Source: an uncultured virus (IMG/VR IMGVR_UViG_3300013004_000029)
Taxonomy: Duplodnaviria; Heunggongvirae; Uroviricota; Caudoviricetes
IMG/VR virus record: IMGVR_UViG_3300013004_000029
Strand: one strand, 5' to 3'
Length of the DNA: 64,000 nt
A program made the position numbers and the translations under genes. The notes beneath the pieces are model-generated. The model made no database searches and was not told the DNA's origin. It saw nothing but the letters and a program-made list of their open reading frames with translations. Shown here one piece after another: positions 27,471-38,900 of the stretch. Position 1 is the first letter of the stretch. Each line of letters opens with the position of its first letter.

Positions 27471-28360
27471 ATAGCAATCTGTTACTCATTAGAGATAAGT
27501 TTTCTTATTTTTCAGACAAGTTGGTTGAAGAAGCAAAACCTTCGCAACAAACCGTTCTACAATTTTCATACTATAACAAGATTTTTGTAGCTAGAGAATA
27601 TAAACAAAATATTTTAATACCTAATATTCCATGCGTTACAAATTTATATTTTCCAATATCATACAAATTAGTGTCACATGTTTGTGTATCAAATGATTTT
27701 CATAAAGATATATTAGACAACAACGGCATAGAGTGCATAAAACTTAATATGTATCTTAAGCCAAATAATGACTCTTTAAAAATTAGTAATGCATTTAATA
27801 AATTTTATAAGTATGGATGTATTTTAAATTTTAAACAAGACATAGGTATCTTGAAGGATTTAATATCTGTTTTTTATGAATCTAGCAAACATCAAAATAA
27901 TATTATTTTATTATTAGGTATAGAATCCGAAGATACAAATCAAACACTCTCATATATTGAGGATATTAATAGACAATTGAACATAGATCCGTCATCATCT
28001 AAAATTATACTATCCATTAACGATACTATCGATGATAATATTAGAATGTCTATTATTAATACAATTGACTGTTTGTTGCAAATGAACACGGTTTTTGTAT
28101 CTGATCTAGAATATTATTATGCTTTAAGTCTAAGAAAAAGAATTATAGGAAAATACAATTTAGACAAGAGATATGAGATAGAAACAGTTTCTTATCATAA
28201 TAAACTATTTAAGTTTGATAGTGGCTGCAATTTTTTCCATAAGTTTGATGATCACGACCTCTATCAAAAACTTAAAAATGTATTTCCTATTGAAAACAAA
28301 TCTATGAATCAAATTTACTCAAATGATAAATCCACAGGCATATCTAAGATCATTGTATGA
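27467..28360 (+). CDS. Highly diverged protein, possibly GT-B-like
   Basis: Weak GT-like spacing (HVCVSNDFHKD, TIDCLLQ, YALSLRKRII); ATGA overlap. Confidence 0.4.
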   Translation: MNSNLLLIRDKFSYFSDKLVEEAKPSQQTVLQFSYYNKIFVAREYKQNILIPNIPCVTNLYFPISYKLVSHVCVSNDFHKDILDNNGIECIKLNMYLKPNNDSLKISNAFNKFYKYGCILNFKQDIGILKDLISVFYESSKHQNNIILLLGIESEDTNQTLSYIEDINRQLNIDPSSSKIILSINDTIDDNIRMSIINTIDCLLQMNTVFVSDLEYYYALSLRKRIIGKYNLDKRYEIETVSYHNKLFKFDSGCNFFHKFDDHDLYQKLKNVFPIENKSMNQIYSNDKSTGISKIIV

Positions 28361-29097
28361 ATAAGCTATATAATAAACTCTATTGTAAAAATAATAATTC
28401 TTTAATACATTATATTAATAATGGTTCATCTTTTGATCTATTAATAGACCATGCTTTTGGAGAAAAAATTATCAGAATAAATAATTCAGATGTGTCTGAA
28501 TACCTTACTCTAAAATCGGTATTAATTAATAACTATCAATCATATATTATGTCTGATTCATATCAAAATTATTACATGTCTGGCGAGCACGATAAAGTTG
28601 TATTTATACATTCAGACATTTCTTACATGAAAAAAGAAGATATTTTTCTTATCAAAAATAGGCTACAAAAATTTACAATAATCAATCTTATCGAATCAAA
28701 CAATGATTTATTTGACACAAATATAAACATAGCTCTGCCTAAAATTAAAATATCAAACCCATCTGCAAAAAGAGATAGAGTATTAATTATTGACAATAAT
28801 AATTATAAAGATATAGCTCACATACTTAAACAGACTAATATAGATGTGATTGACTTTTCATCTCATAAAGACTATTATAGTTTAATCAACAGTCTAGCTG
28901 ACTATAATCTTGTTGTATACAAAAATTATATTGATAATATCGTCGCTTTATCGGCTGGTTGCTCAACAATATCATCCATTGATATTCTAAAAAATCAAAG
29001 AATCGTACCCTCCAACATTAGTCATGCAAATAATACCAAAATAAATTATGACTTTGCCACATTCTCTAAAATACTATCTAAGGTAATTAAATTATGA
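28357..29097 (+). CDS. Highly diverged protein, possibly GT-B-like
   Basis: LADYNLVVY...ALSAGCSTIS resembles the GT EAxAxGxPvi region. Confidence 0.4.
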   Translation: MNKLYNKLYCKNNNSLIHYINNGSSFDLLIDHAFGEKIIRINNSDVSEYLTLKSVLINNYQSYIMSDSYQNYYMSGEHDKVVFIHSDISYMKKEDIFLIKNRLQKFTIINLIESNNDLFDTNINIALPKIKISNPSAKRDRVLIIDNNNYKDIAHILKQTNIDVIDFSSHKDYYSLINSLADYNLVVYKNYIDNIVALSAGCSTISSIDILKNQRIVPSNISHANNTKINYDFATFSKILSKVIKL

Positions 29098-29477
29098 ATC
29101 TATTATCTATTAATAAAAACAACATTAATACATTAAACAATATTGCTGATTTTTCTCAATTAGCTATAGTTCTTGAAGATATTGATTGTATAGAGAAAGA
29201 TAAAAAAATACCGACAATCAATTTATTACTAGAAAAATTAAGACAAGATGGTGAGCTAGTAGTTAAAATTATAGATTATTCTAAGATTATTGATGCGCTA
29301 TGTAAAGATACTATAGATGTTGAAACTGGCCTAAAGCTCCTACAAACTATAGAATTTTATACTGAACCTATGACTATTATTAATTTTATTGTGTCTCTAG
29401 AACCAAAGATAGTTCTATATAAGATGATAGAAGAAAATTTTAAAATAGCATTAACACTAAAGAAAATTAACTACTGA
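29094..29477 (+). CDS. Degenerate SAM-methyltransferase-like fragment
   Basis: LEDIDCI...LLEKLRQDGELVVKIID resembles the class I MTase LkpGG-l-i-D motif. Confidence 0.35.
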   Translation: MNLLSINKNNINTLNNIADFSQLAIVLEDIDCIEKDKKIPTINLLLEKLRQDGELVVKIIDYSKIIDALCKDTIDVETGLKLLQTIEFYTEPMTIINFIVSLEPKIVLYKMIEENFKIALTLKKINY

Positions 29478-30208
29478 TGAATAATACAACCGATTGTAAA
29501 AAATGTATATTTAATTCAGAAGATAAGTGGTGTTTTTTTGATATACCGGACGCAATAAATAACCCTGAAATATTGGTAGATTCCGAGAACAAAACCATCT
29601 GCAATTACAGTTGCTCATATGCTTTTGGCAAAAATACATTAGAAACTTATAAAGATAAAGTCAATAAACAAGAAATTATAGACTATATATTTGCTAAGAA
29701 TAAAATTTATTATACGCTAGTTATAAATTTTGATACAATCAATCAATCAATATCATATATTATAGATAAAGTTAATAAATCTAGTTTTTATCCAAAAAAT
29801 ATAATATGTTTTGGTAAAAATGTAGATGGTTTGACAGTTCATAGTTTTGAGCAACAAATAAAAGTTCCATGGAAAGTTAATAAAATACTGCCACACATAG
29901 ATGAAGTAATATCTATTATTTCTGGGGTAGATGTTGTCGTTAATAAGCATGAATCTAATTCATTCTTATATATAGCCACAGAGGATTCTTTTAATAGCTT
30001 AGACGATATTATGAACACAATTCATACAGAATCTGTGATCAACCATAGTTATGGCGTTTATATGAAAAGTACCTCTGCTCTAGATGGTCTATTTATGACA
30101 TACGACACATACAATATTCTTGGTGGTGACAAAGCTAAGTTTTTTTATGATACAGATACATTTTTTATAGATAATCCGGGGTGCAAATTAGTGTTATATA
30201 ATGACTGA
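29477..30208 (+). CDS. Hypothetical protein with N-terminal Cys cluster
   Basis: CKKCIF...WC...ICNYSC. Confidence 0.6.
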   Translation: MNNTTDCKKCIFNSEDKWCFFDIPDAINNPEILVDSENKTICNYSCSYAFGKNTLETYKDKVNKQEIIDYIFAKNKIYYTLVINFDTINQSISYIIDKVNKSSFYPKNIICFGKNVDGLTVHSFEQQIKVPWKVNKILPHIDEVISIISGVDVVVNKHESNSFLYIATEDSFNSLDDIMNTIHTESVINHSYGVYMKSTSALDGLFMTYDTYNILGGDKAKFFYDTDTFFIDNPGCKLVLYND

Positions 30209-30884
30209 TATAGTAATGATTATACCTGAAATAACCAAAGGTATGAAATCTTTTGGCCCAAAAGCACTAATAACAATCAGGGGCAAAACCCTGATAGAAC
30301 ATCAGATTTCTATTCTTAGGTCAGTTTATAAAAATAATCACATCTATTTACTCACGGGTTTTGAGTCTGATAGAATTAAAAAAACTATTCTAACATCAAA
30401 AATAATTTCTCCTAAAAACATATCAATACTCGAAAATAAACAATACGACACTAGTGGTCAGATGACTTCGGTTGTATCCTATATCAGACAAAAAGAAAAT
30501 AATAATGGAGCTATCTTTATTAATAATGGTATTATAACAAAATTTAATTTTGCTAAAAACTTTAATAAATCAAATAATTCCATTTTCTTGATTAAGGGTA
30601 AAAAAAACAACTTTAATATAGGTTGTGCCGATCAGAACTCTATAGAGTATTTGTTTTATGATCTGCCTGTTTTGTGGTCTGAGTGCATCTACCTTAACAA
30701 TGAAACAATGTCTATTGTAAAAGATATGTTATTGCCCCACGAACTAAAAACACTATTTTTCTTTGAATTAGTTAACAAGCTTTTGGAAAGATCTGTTAGT
30801 TTTGACAAGGTAATGATTCCCAAAACACAGATAACAAAAATAAATCATATCAAAGACATTAATAAGGCTAAAATTTTTATATGA
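30201..30884 (+). CDS. Nucleotidyltransferase-like protein (GlmU/LicC/MobA fold), degenerate Gly loop
   Basis: GMKSFGPKALITI.GKTLIEHQI, LLTGFESD, LENKQY, FFELVNKL. Confidence 0.7.
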   Translation: MTDIVMIIPEITKGMKSFGPKALITIRGKTLIEHQISILRSVYKNNHIYLLTGFESDRIKKTILTSKIISPKNISILENKQYDTSGQMTSVVSYIRQKENNNGAIFINNGIITKFNFAKNFNKSNNSIFLIKGKKNNFNIGCADQNSIEYLFYDLPVLWSECIYLNNETMSIVKDMLLPHELKTLFFFELVNKLLERSVSFDKVMIPKTQITKINHIKDINKAKIFI

Positions 30885-31510
30885 ATAATAAGATTATTGT
30901 ATCCAAAAGCAATAGCAGACTTCTTGATAATCTTAAAATAGCAATGTATCACCATAAGAATAATGTTGATGTCTATGTTATAGATATGAAAGAAATTTTT
31001 AAAGCTTACGATATTATCCAGCCGTATCGTATTTGTGTAAGCGAACATGATTTTAATAGCATGGAAGTCAAAGCATTCTATACTGCTGCTACAGATAAAG
31101 AAAAATCCATTTTTATCATAGATAATGATAGTTTATTTCATGTGGTAAATACTGAAATTTTCAGAAAATACTCTATGGAAAAAAGTAATGATATCGCTAT
31201 ATTACTTGATAATATCAATGAATTACCAGAGAATATTCTAAAATTATGTGATACAAGAGTAGTTCATATGTTTAATAATCCCAATATAAAACACCCTATG
31301 AATCTCGGAACATTGCTAGAGCATCAAAAGGCATTTATCTTCTCTTCATATAAATATATTGTTGGGAAAAATAATATATATAAAAACGAGAGTCTATTAT
31401 GTGGTGCGTCATATATTGATATGGACTCTGGAGAAGTAACTAGTGTTCATCATGATCAAAATATCACAGATATAAATGAATATATTAAGAAAGAATTTTA
31501 TGGCAATTAA
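30881..31510 (+). CDS. Hypothetical protein (diverged GT-like)
   Basis: HPMNLG, FSSYKY, ESLLCGA. Confidence 0.45.
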   Translation: MNNKIIVSKSNSRLLDNLKIAMYHHKNNVDVYVIDMKEIFKAYDIIQPYRICVSEHDFNSMEVKAFYTAATDKEKSIFIIDNDSLFHVVNTEIFRKYSMEKSNDIAILLDNINELPENILKLCDTRVVHMFNNPNIKHPMNLGTLLEHQKAFIFSSYKYIVGKNNIYKNESLLCGASYIDMDSGEVTSVHHDQNITDINEYIKKEFYGN

Positions 31511-31973
31511 TAAAGATATTGGCTTCATAGTATCAAACAATCATATATACAATAATCTTCATAATTTATTTCTAGAATTAATACAGAATGATCCTGTTAA
31601 TCAATATCTATGTTTTACATATAATAATAGTATCAATACTAATAAATTAAATATGCCTATATTGCCACTATCGGAAGCTAAGTTTTGGCAAGGTAGATTA
31701 TTTGTCTTTGATCTAGAGGTTATAGATATAGTTAAAAATTTTCCAGGGATAGACCAGATATATTATTTTCTACAACACCCAGAATGGATGAATTATGCCC
31801 AGGTTAATCATTTTGATTTAAGAAATATCTATGCGGAAAATGAAAAAATTTCAGTTATTGCACAAAACTATAATATTTACAACATATATCAGAGATGCTG
31901 GAACAAAAAACCAATAGGAGTTATGGAAGTATTATCATATGAAAACTTCAAAAACATCATATTCACTACTTAG
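31500..31973 (+). CDS. Hypothetical protein
   Basis: Operon packing; YYFLQHPEW. Confidence 0.6.
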   Translation: MAINKDIGFIVSNNHIYNNLHNLFLELIQNDPVNQYLCFTYNNSINTNKLNMPILPLSEAKFWQGRLFVFDLEVIDIVKNFPGIDQIYYFLQHPEWMNYAQVNHFDLRNIYAENEKISVIAQNYNIYNIYQRCWNKKPIGVMEVLSYENFKNIIFTT

Positions 31974-32742
31974 TGATAGTGACAAAGAAAAAATATTAAA
32001 AGATCTTTATCTTAATCAAAATAAAAGCTTTGCTGATATTGCTGCTATTTATGGCACATATGCCAACAAAATAAGGAGAGATGCCAAAAGGCTCAATATA
32101 GATATTCGTACTAAGTCTGAGGCTCAAAAAAATGCTTTGTCTACTGGTAAGCATAAGCATCCGACAAAGGGCAAAGAACGAGACGAGGACACCAAACAAA
32201 AGATAGGTATGGGTGTTCTAAAATCTTGGGACTCATTATCTGATAAAGAAATAAAAGAAAGAAAAGAAAAGGCTAGATTAGCGTGGGAATCTTTAGACGA
32301 TAATACAAAAGATAACATTCTAAAAAAAGCAAACCAAGCAGTTAGAGATGCTAGTAAAACAGGTTCTAAATTAGAGAAATTTCTCTTTAAGGCACTCATA
32401 TCAGATGGATACAAAGCTGAATTTCACAAAGAACAAGTTCTTGTAAATACCAAGTTGCAAATAGACATTTTCCTCCCTACAATGAATACGGCAATAGAAG
32501 TTGACGGCCCATCTCATTTCGAGCCTGTTTGGGGCGATGAATCTTTACAAAGAAATCAAAAATACGACAACAAAAAAACCGGCTTGATATTGGGTAAGGG
32601 TTGGAGCTTGATAAGGATAAAACAAACTAAGGATTTTTCTGAATCTAGAGCAAGTTTAATATATCAAGATTTACGATCTGCTCTTGATCAACTAAATAAT
32701 AAATCATCAAATAATAATAGGATTATAGAACTAGGAGACTAA
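31939..32742 (+). CDS. HTH plus NUMOD3-like plus Vsr/DUF559 endonuclease (homing-endonuclease-like)
   Basis: KSFADIAAIYGTYANKIRR; HPTKGKERDEDTKQKIG; SKLE, IDIFLP, AIEVDGPSH, LIRI. Confidence 0.75.
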   Translation: MKTSKTSYSLLSDSDKEKILKDLYLNQNKSFADIAAIYGTYANKIRRDAKRLNIDIRTKSEAQKNALSTGKHKHPTKGKERDEDTKQKIGMGVLKSWDSLSDKEIKERKEKARLAWESLDDNTKDNILKKANQAVRDASKTGSKLEKFLFKALISDGYKAEFHKEQVLVNTKLQIDIFLPTMNTAIEVDGPSHFEPVWGDESLQRNQKYDNKKTGLILGKGWSLIRIKQTKDFSESRASLIYQDLRSALDQLNNKSSNNNRIIELGD

Positions 32743-32743
32743 A

Positions 32744-33457
32744 ATGGTCAAAAAAGAGAAAGTTGTAGAATCTACTGAAACGAAGAAAATTGGGCCAAAT
32801 GACTTAGAATGGAATGATTATGTTCTAGGTCTATTATCTGATGATGAAAAGATTGATGGCAATCCAACAACCGATGGACTTAGGCGAATTTTTGAGATTG
32901 CTCTGAATTGTTCTGTTATCCAGTCTACCAGCGATGTGGTACAGAATCCTGAGCCTTCAAATGAAAAAAGAGCCACCGTGGTACACACCATAAGCTACGT
33001 TTTAAATGATAAGGGTGTCGAGACCGATGATTTAAACCGTTGTCGTACAGTAAGCGGGGCGGCAGACGTTTATTGGGGTAATTGCGATAAAACTTATCGA
33101 AATCATCCGGTTGCCGTTGCAGAAACTAGGGCTGAAGGTAGAGCATTAAGAAGGGCTCTAAAGCTAAGAAAAGTAGTGGCTGCGGAAGAATTGGCCACAA
33201 ATCTTGAAGATGATCCTACTGGTGATAGTGTTAGTAAAATCAGTAATAATCAAATTAACTTTATAGACGTTATGTCAAAACGCTTAAATATTAATACATT
33301 ATCACTAATTAATAAACTTGGATTCAATGAAAATAATGTTAAGAGCTTGATGCATGATGATGCTGTCTCTATTATAAGAGAGTTATCTAAACATCAACAA
33401 AACATTTCTGATATTCCAGAAAGTCTTTTGGGATATTCAGAAAATTGGAAACCATGA
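32744..33457 (+). CDS. Putative Rad52/Erf-like ssDNA-annealing protein
   Basis: ATVVHTI...SGAAD...AVAETRAEGRALRRAL, then a C-terminal ISNNQI helical module; AGGAG SD. Confidence 0.4.
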   Translation: MVKKEKVVESTETKKIGPNDLEWNDYVLGLLSDDEKIDGNPTTDGLRRIFEIALNCSVIQSTSDVVQNPEPSNEKRATVVHTISYVLNDKGVETDDLNRCRTVSGAADVYWGNCDKTYRNHPVAVAETRAEGRALRRALKLRKVVAAEELATNLEDDPTGDSVSKISNNQINFIDVMSKRLNINTLSLINKLGFNENNVKSLMHDDAVSIIRELSKHQQNISDIPESLLGYSENWKP

Positions 33458-33465
33458 GGTGAAAA

Positions 33466-33810
33466 ATGAAAGTTAAGTACAAAGTAGGAGATAGACTAGA
33501 GTTCGAACTAGAGGGATCTGGTCAAAAGGAAATCTTTAAGGAACTAGCCACTATTCAGGAAATTTTCGCTGAAGAAAAGTGTGGACTATGTGGAAGCACC
33601 AATTTAAGATTCGTGGTTAGAAATGTAGACAGTAATGACTACTATGAATTACGATGCAATGATTGCGGTGCCGTTCTAGCATTTGGTCAGCATAAAAAGG
33701 GTGGTACTCTTTTTCCGAAGAGAAAAGACGATGAAGGGAATTGGCTACCTAATAAAGGCTGGCATAAGTGGCAGAAAGAAGAGTCTGATAATAAAGGTAA
33801 GAAAAAGTAA
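33466..33810 (+). CDS. Zinc-ribbon hypothetical protein
   Basis: CGLCGS...LRCNDCGA; GAGG SD. Confidence 0.75.
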   Translation: MKVKYKVGDRLEFELEGSGQKEIFKELATIQEIFAEEKCGLCGSTNLRFVVRNVDSNDYYELRCNDCGAVLAFGQHKKGGTLFPKRKDDEGNWLPNKGWHKWQKEESDNKGKKK

Positions 33811-33815
33811 TCATA

Positions 33816-34235
33816 TTACCACTTACCGATTGGACACTTTTGATCTTTCCAGTCTAGCTTACTAATATATTGTTGATACCTAGTGATTGGACATCCGCAT
33901 TTGGTACATGCTATACCATCATAGTATTCGCATCCAGTGCATATGTTCAATCGCTTGGTTCTTTCTTCTAGCGTGGTTCTCTTACCACCATTACGTATAT
34001 GATTATATACTGCAACAATAAAATTAAAAATCTTCTTGTGTAAAGCTGGTTGTTGATGTTGAACTTTCGGAACAGGAATGGGTTTGGATAACTTTGTTAC
34101 GCATGGTATTTTAGGAATCTCACCATCCTTAGAAACATAAGACATTCTATTATTGCATAATTTGCACACATAAGTATTATCGTCTTTATGTTCAAATTCA
34201 CAAAATATATCTAATAAATCTATATTTATTTCCAT
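33816..34235 (-). CDS. Cys-rich small protein (DUF6171-like C-terminus)
   Basis: RLNICTGCEYYDGIACTKCGCPI...KCPIGKW; AGGAG SD. Confidence 0.7.
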   Translation of the reverse strand: MEINIDLLDIFCEFEHKDDNTYVCKLCNNRMSYVSKDGEIPKIPCVTKLSKPIPVPKVQHQQPALHKKIFNFIVAVYNHIRNGGKRTTLEERTKRLNICTGCEYYDGIACTKCGCPITRYQQYISKLDWKDQKCPIGKW

Positions 34236-34252
34236 AATTAAATCTCTCCTAT

Positions 34253-35938
34253 TTATACTGTCTTAGTTGGCGTTGGCGTTTTAGTTGTTGTAGTAGTGGG
34301 TGTTCTGGTAGGAGTTCTAGTTACGCTATTCGTAGGTGTGCATGTTCTTGTTGGAGTTAAGCTAGAAGTATTGCTAGGTGTTTGGGTTGGTGTTTTTGTT
34401 GGCGTTCTAGTATGAGTTGGGGCAGGAGTACCGGTTTTGGTGGGTGTCGGCGTTGGTGTTGCTGTTCTAGTAACAGGTGGGGTACTGGTATTTGATGGTG
34501 TGGGAGATTTAGTGAGCGTGGGTGTTGCTGTTATAGTCGATGTTATAGTACTAGTCGGTGTGGGTGTGCTAAAATTTACATCTCCGAATATAACTAGATC
34601 TTGAGTTATATCATCATATACAATTGGGTCTGGATATGGGGCTTCTTGTAGTTCACAATTAAAATAGGGCGTCTCGGTTGGAGTTGGAGTACAAGTAGAA
34701 CTAGCAGTCTGTGTTGGGGTGGGTGTGTTAGTCCTAGTATTTGACATAGTGGGAGTACTAGTTTTCGTGGGTGTACAAGTTGGACTATTAGATGGAGTAT
34801 TACTAGGAGTCAAACTAATACTTGGGCTAATACTTGGAGTATTTGTTTTTGTAACAGATGGTGATAATGATGTTGTTATTGTTGGTGTTACAGAAATGCT
34901 AGGTGTCGGAGGAGGGACAGCCCTCTCAACAGTAAATGGTATTAATAATTCACCTACTGGCTGACATTTAACTGGCCACCTAAGTTCTACCGCATAACAT
35001 CCTGGACCTTCACCATCGGTACAGTCTTCTGTAGTTTCTGAAGGAACAATAGTAATGGATTCATTGATAACGCCATATTCTTTAGATAGTTCTATATTAG
35101 TAACAGCATTGTTAGAATCTAATGCAAGCAATTTACCACTACCCCTTAGACTACTACCAACCCATTGAACAATACCAGAACTATCTGGACCAGCAGTAAA
35201 TACAAATTTTCCTTTATATTGTAGGGTGGTCTCTCCTTCAGCTAATTTAGGACCAGTAAAATATTGAATTGGTAAATTGGTAGGACTAGGCGTATTTGTT
35301 GTTGTTATAGAAGGAGTAATGCTTGGAGTTATGCTAGAGGTAGGGGAATTAGTTACTGTATTAGTAGGAGAATTAGTTGGAGTATTAGTTGGGGTTCTGG
35401 ATGGAGTTCTAGTATTAGTAGCTGTTACCGATGGTGTTGGACTATTACTGGCTGTAATCGATGGGGTTGGTGTTGGCGTAACAGTTGATGTAGATGATGC
35501 TGTTGGAGTATTGGTACGAGTGGTGCAAATATAAACTTTATTGGTTGTCGATGTATTTGTTGGAGTAGCAGAATTAGTACAAGTATTTGATGGGGTAGTC
35601 GTATTAGTGGGGGTTGAAGTAAGTGTTCTTGTTGGCGTCTTGGTGTTTGTTGGGGTGGGCGTAGCTGTAGGCGTTTGGGTTGGTGTTGATGTAGGTGTTT
35701 TTGTAGGCGTCCTAGAAGGTGTTCTAGTTGGAGTAACACTACGAGTATTAGTTGGAGTAGGTGTAGATGTACCTGTAGCAGTATTTGTTATACTTGGTGT
35801 GGGAGTATTTGTAGAAGTACAGGTTGGAGTAGCAGTTGATGTGTGAGTACTAGTTACGGTATTTGTTGGTGTTTTACTAGGTGTTCTGGTATTAGTAGGC
35901 GTACTAGTTATGGTTTTAGTTGGTGTTGGAGTGGACAT
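34253..35938 (-). CDS. Mucin-like Thr/Pro/Ser-rich virion protein with a small central globular domain
   Basis: Long TPT/TPS tracts flanking a ~120 aa non-repetitive domain. Confidence 0.75.
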   Translation of the reverse strand: MSTPTPTKTITSTPTNTRTPSKTPTNTVTSTHTSTATPTCTSTNTPTPSITNTATGTSTPTPTNTRSVTPTRTPSRTPTKTPTSTPTQTPTATPTPTNTKTPTRTLTSTPTNTTTPSNTCTNSATPTNTSTTNKVYICTTRTNTPTASSTSTVTPTPTPSITASNSPTPSVTATNTRTPSRTPTNTPTNSPTNTVTNSPTSSITPSITPSITTTNTPSPTNLPIQYFTGPKLAEGETTLQYKGKFVFTAGPDSSGIVQWVGSSLRGSGKLLALDSNNAVTNIELSKEYGVINESITIVPSETTEDCTDGEGPGCYAVELRWPVKCQPVGELLIPFTVERAVPPPTPSISVTPTITTSLSPSVTKTNTPSISPSISLTPSNTPSNSPTCTPTKTSTPTMSNTRTNTPTPTQTASSTCTPTPTETPYFNCELQEAPYPDPIVYDDITQDLVIFGDVNFSTPTPTSTITSTITATPTLTKSPTPSNTSTPPVTRTATPTPTPTKTGTPAPTHTRTPTKTPTQTPSNTSSLTPTRTCTPTNSVTRTPTRTPTTTTTKTPTPTKTV

Positions 35939-35945
35939 CTATTAA

Positions 35946-38900
35946 CTAACCCATAAATGTTTGTCTTAAAGTATTAAGTTGAGGATCTTTAGTTTCGTAC
36001 AACCTATCAAAAGTTTTTTTATCTGGTACTATTCCAGGACCACCAAGATTCTGCATATAGGCCAAACATCTTGATACTATCTTCTTCTTATCATATGGCG
36101 TATCGACTAATTTGGATAACAGCCAACATCTTAATCTATATCCTAACTTATCTAAATTATGCAATCCTGCTATAAATACGCTATCTTCAAATTCAGAATT
36201 ATTGCAAGTGATGGAATTGTCGTATTCATATGGAATCCATTCGTGAGGATATTGGGTTTTAAGAGTTGATGTCTTAAATTCCAAACCATCAGCACTACCG
36301 AAAAATCCTCTAAAAATCATTTCGTTCAACATCATATAGTATGGAGGCACAACAGTATTCAAAGTATTGGTTCCTCTATCTATATAGTTGCAAAACCATG
36401 AATAAAAACTATTCTTAATTGGTAGTTCATCAGTACCCCCTATGCCACCATAGGCCACGCTACCATTTGGAGAAATAATATATTTCTTCAAGAAATTATC
36501 TACATGTCGCAATTTTCTTGTATTATATCTAAATCTAACCATTATATTAGAAGCTGAATCTAATATTGTTGAAGCTTTTACTCCTAAAGTAGCATAGCTA
36601 CTAGAATCTCCATCTGTATTTTTAGGTATCCAATAATGTTCTTTAATAAACATTACTGTATCTCCATTGCTATTACCACAAGATACTCTAACATCTGGCC
36701 TGGAAATAATTAATTTTGTCCACTGAACTTGAGGATATTTGGTGGCTATTGCAGCTTTATGGGCATCAGCTTGTACATTTGTAAATATTGCTGTTGCAGG
36801 AGTGTCTGATTGTGCGATTATTTGATCAAAAGCTGTTGATTTAGCTTGAACCTTCATAATCTCTAAAGGTGTTGTAATATTAGGTGTCCATGTTACACCG
36901 TCATCTCCCACCCCTATGGTTGATCCATAGTTCCTAGAAATACCACAAATATTTTTACAATTTAATCCACCCGGCATAGTTCTAGGTTCACTACAAGAGT
37001 ATTCTATTTTATCTAAAACTTTAATAGATGTAGTTCTGCTATAGCTACCATATTGATCTTTATCTATACTTATCCAATATTTATTATCGTCATATGGTAG
37101 AATTTTAGTTGATAGTCCTGTATTATCGGCACAAGTACTAGTAACTTCTTGTCCCTCTGGTGTCAAAACCCTGATCCATGTAATATTACTGTGTGGATTG
37201 GTATTGTCTGCTGTTGGTGAATATGATATTGTTATATCTTCAGTGCTTACTCTTGCTATTTCACTAGCTTCTTCTTCTGTTATAATATGAAATGCGTATC
37301 TATCAGATGAATCAAGTCCTACTCCATTATCTAATGGAGGATTAGGTGCAGAACCCTGTGTTTCATTGTTTAAATTGGCAACAAATAAGAAAACCCCATT
37401 AATATAAATATTAAATTTAGCCCTATCACAATAATGACCTCCCCAGCAACTACTGCCCTCTATCTGATTAGCACTATATATGGCTTCTACACGATATCCA
37501 GCTAGATTAGCGTTCTCATTAGATCCAACTGGAGCCTGTATAAGATGATCCAATAGGGTTATTGAACCACCATAATTGAGTTCAGAATTTTTTAAACCAC
37601 TAATTTCGGTATTAGTATATAGACAAAAAATTGAGTTAAGATCACTTATGCCCTTATACGGATAATTTGTATTATCGCTTAAATTAGGATATAAATTATA
37701 CTTATCTAGATTTTTATACAGTGGCCATCCATTAACATTATCGAATAATCCTATATTCAAATAACTTGTACTAACAACACTGCTGCTTGTTGGACCTTTT
37801 ATATGTAGTCTTCCAACATATCTATTGTGACTATATCCTATAGCATAATTTGACAAATCGTAATCAGCAGCAAAGGCTATTTTTTTAGCTGGCATTAACT
37901 GTATAGAAGCAGTTCCTCTTCCCCAAGCACCCTCACCATAAACCGGCATTGTATAATCTGGAGTAAAAATATTTGAACTATTATTTTTAATAGAAGCTAA
38001 TGTTAAATAATTACCTCCATTATTCAGTATGACGGCTAATCTATTACTAGCATTAGTTTTTTGTGCTATAATTTTTGTATTAGGATATTTTTCTAATTTA
38101 TTTTTAAAATCTAGATCATTTAATAAGATATATGTATTATATTGATTGTCTTTGTTTAAAACAGCAATGTTATTAGCTGTAATAGTTCTTTTATTTCTAT
38201 AACCAAAGCCAGTACTATCGTAATGTATAAGATCTATAGATTCAGAAATAGTTGTAGTACCACTCTTAAGATAATAGAATGGTTTTACATTTGGTAATTC
38301 TATACATACCGTACTATCTTTGTCATATGTATTTTGTCCAATAAATAAGTTAGATATATTCGATATATTTGGTCTACTATCTAATAGTTTGATATTTTTT
38401 CTAATATACAATTCTTTAGCTTTTATATATTTGCCTGTAAAAATAAAAGATTCAGGCATATAGAAAGTATCTGGATCAATTTTAATGGGGTCAGATTCTG
38501 ACGGTGTATCTGGCGCTGTACTGACGCTTAATTTTGAACACGTATCTTTTGACGAATCTCCTGCTCCTGTATATGTTACAGTTAAAGGTTTATAGATGGG
38601 AGAGCAAGTTTGATTATATTTGAATATTTTTGCATCAAAAGTATACCATTTGTATCCACCGTCTGTAGATATCTCTACCAGTGCTCTATCTGGAACACCA
38701 TACCCATAATCATCATAATATGGGTCATAAAAACTGTTATCATATGCATCTACAAGTCTAGTTCTTCTTAGACTACCAAAATAATTTACAATAGAACTAA
38801 CTGCTAAAGAAGAGGCTGTTCCAAAAAGCGTTCCTCCCACAAATGCCCCAGTTAATCCTCCAGCAGCAGCAAAACCAACCGCAGCCCCAATACCCATAGA

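Noticed and set aside
112..33865. Short alternative-frame and - strand ORFs overlapping recognised genes in the + arm
   Set aside because: Overlap well-supported genes, lack motifs, and are expected by chance
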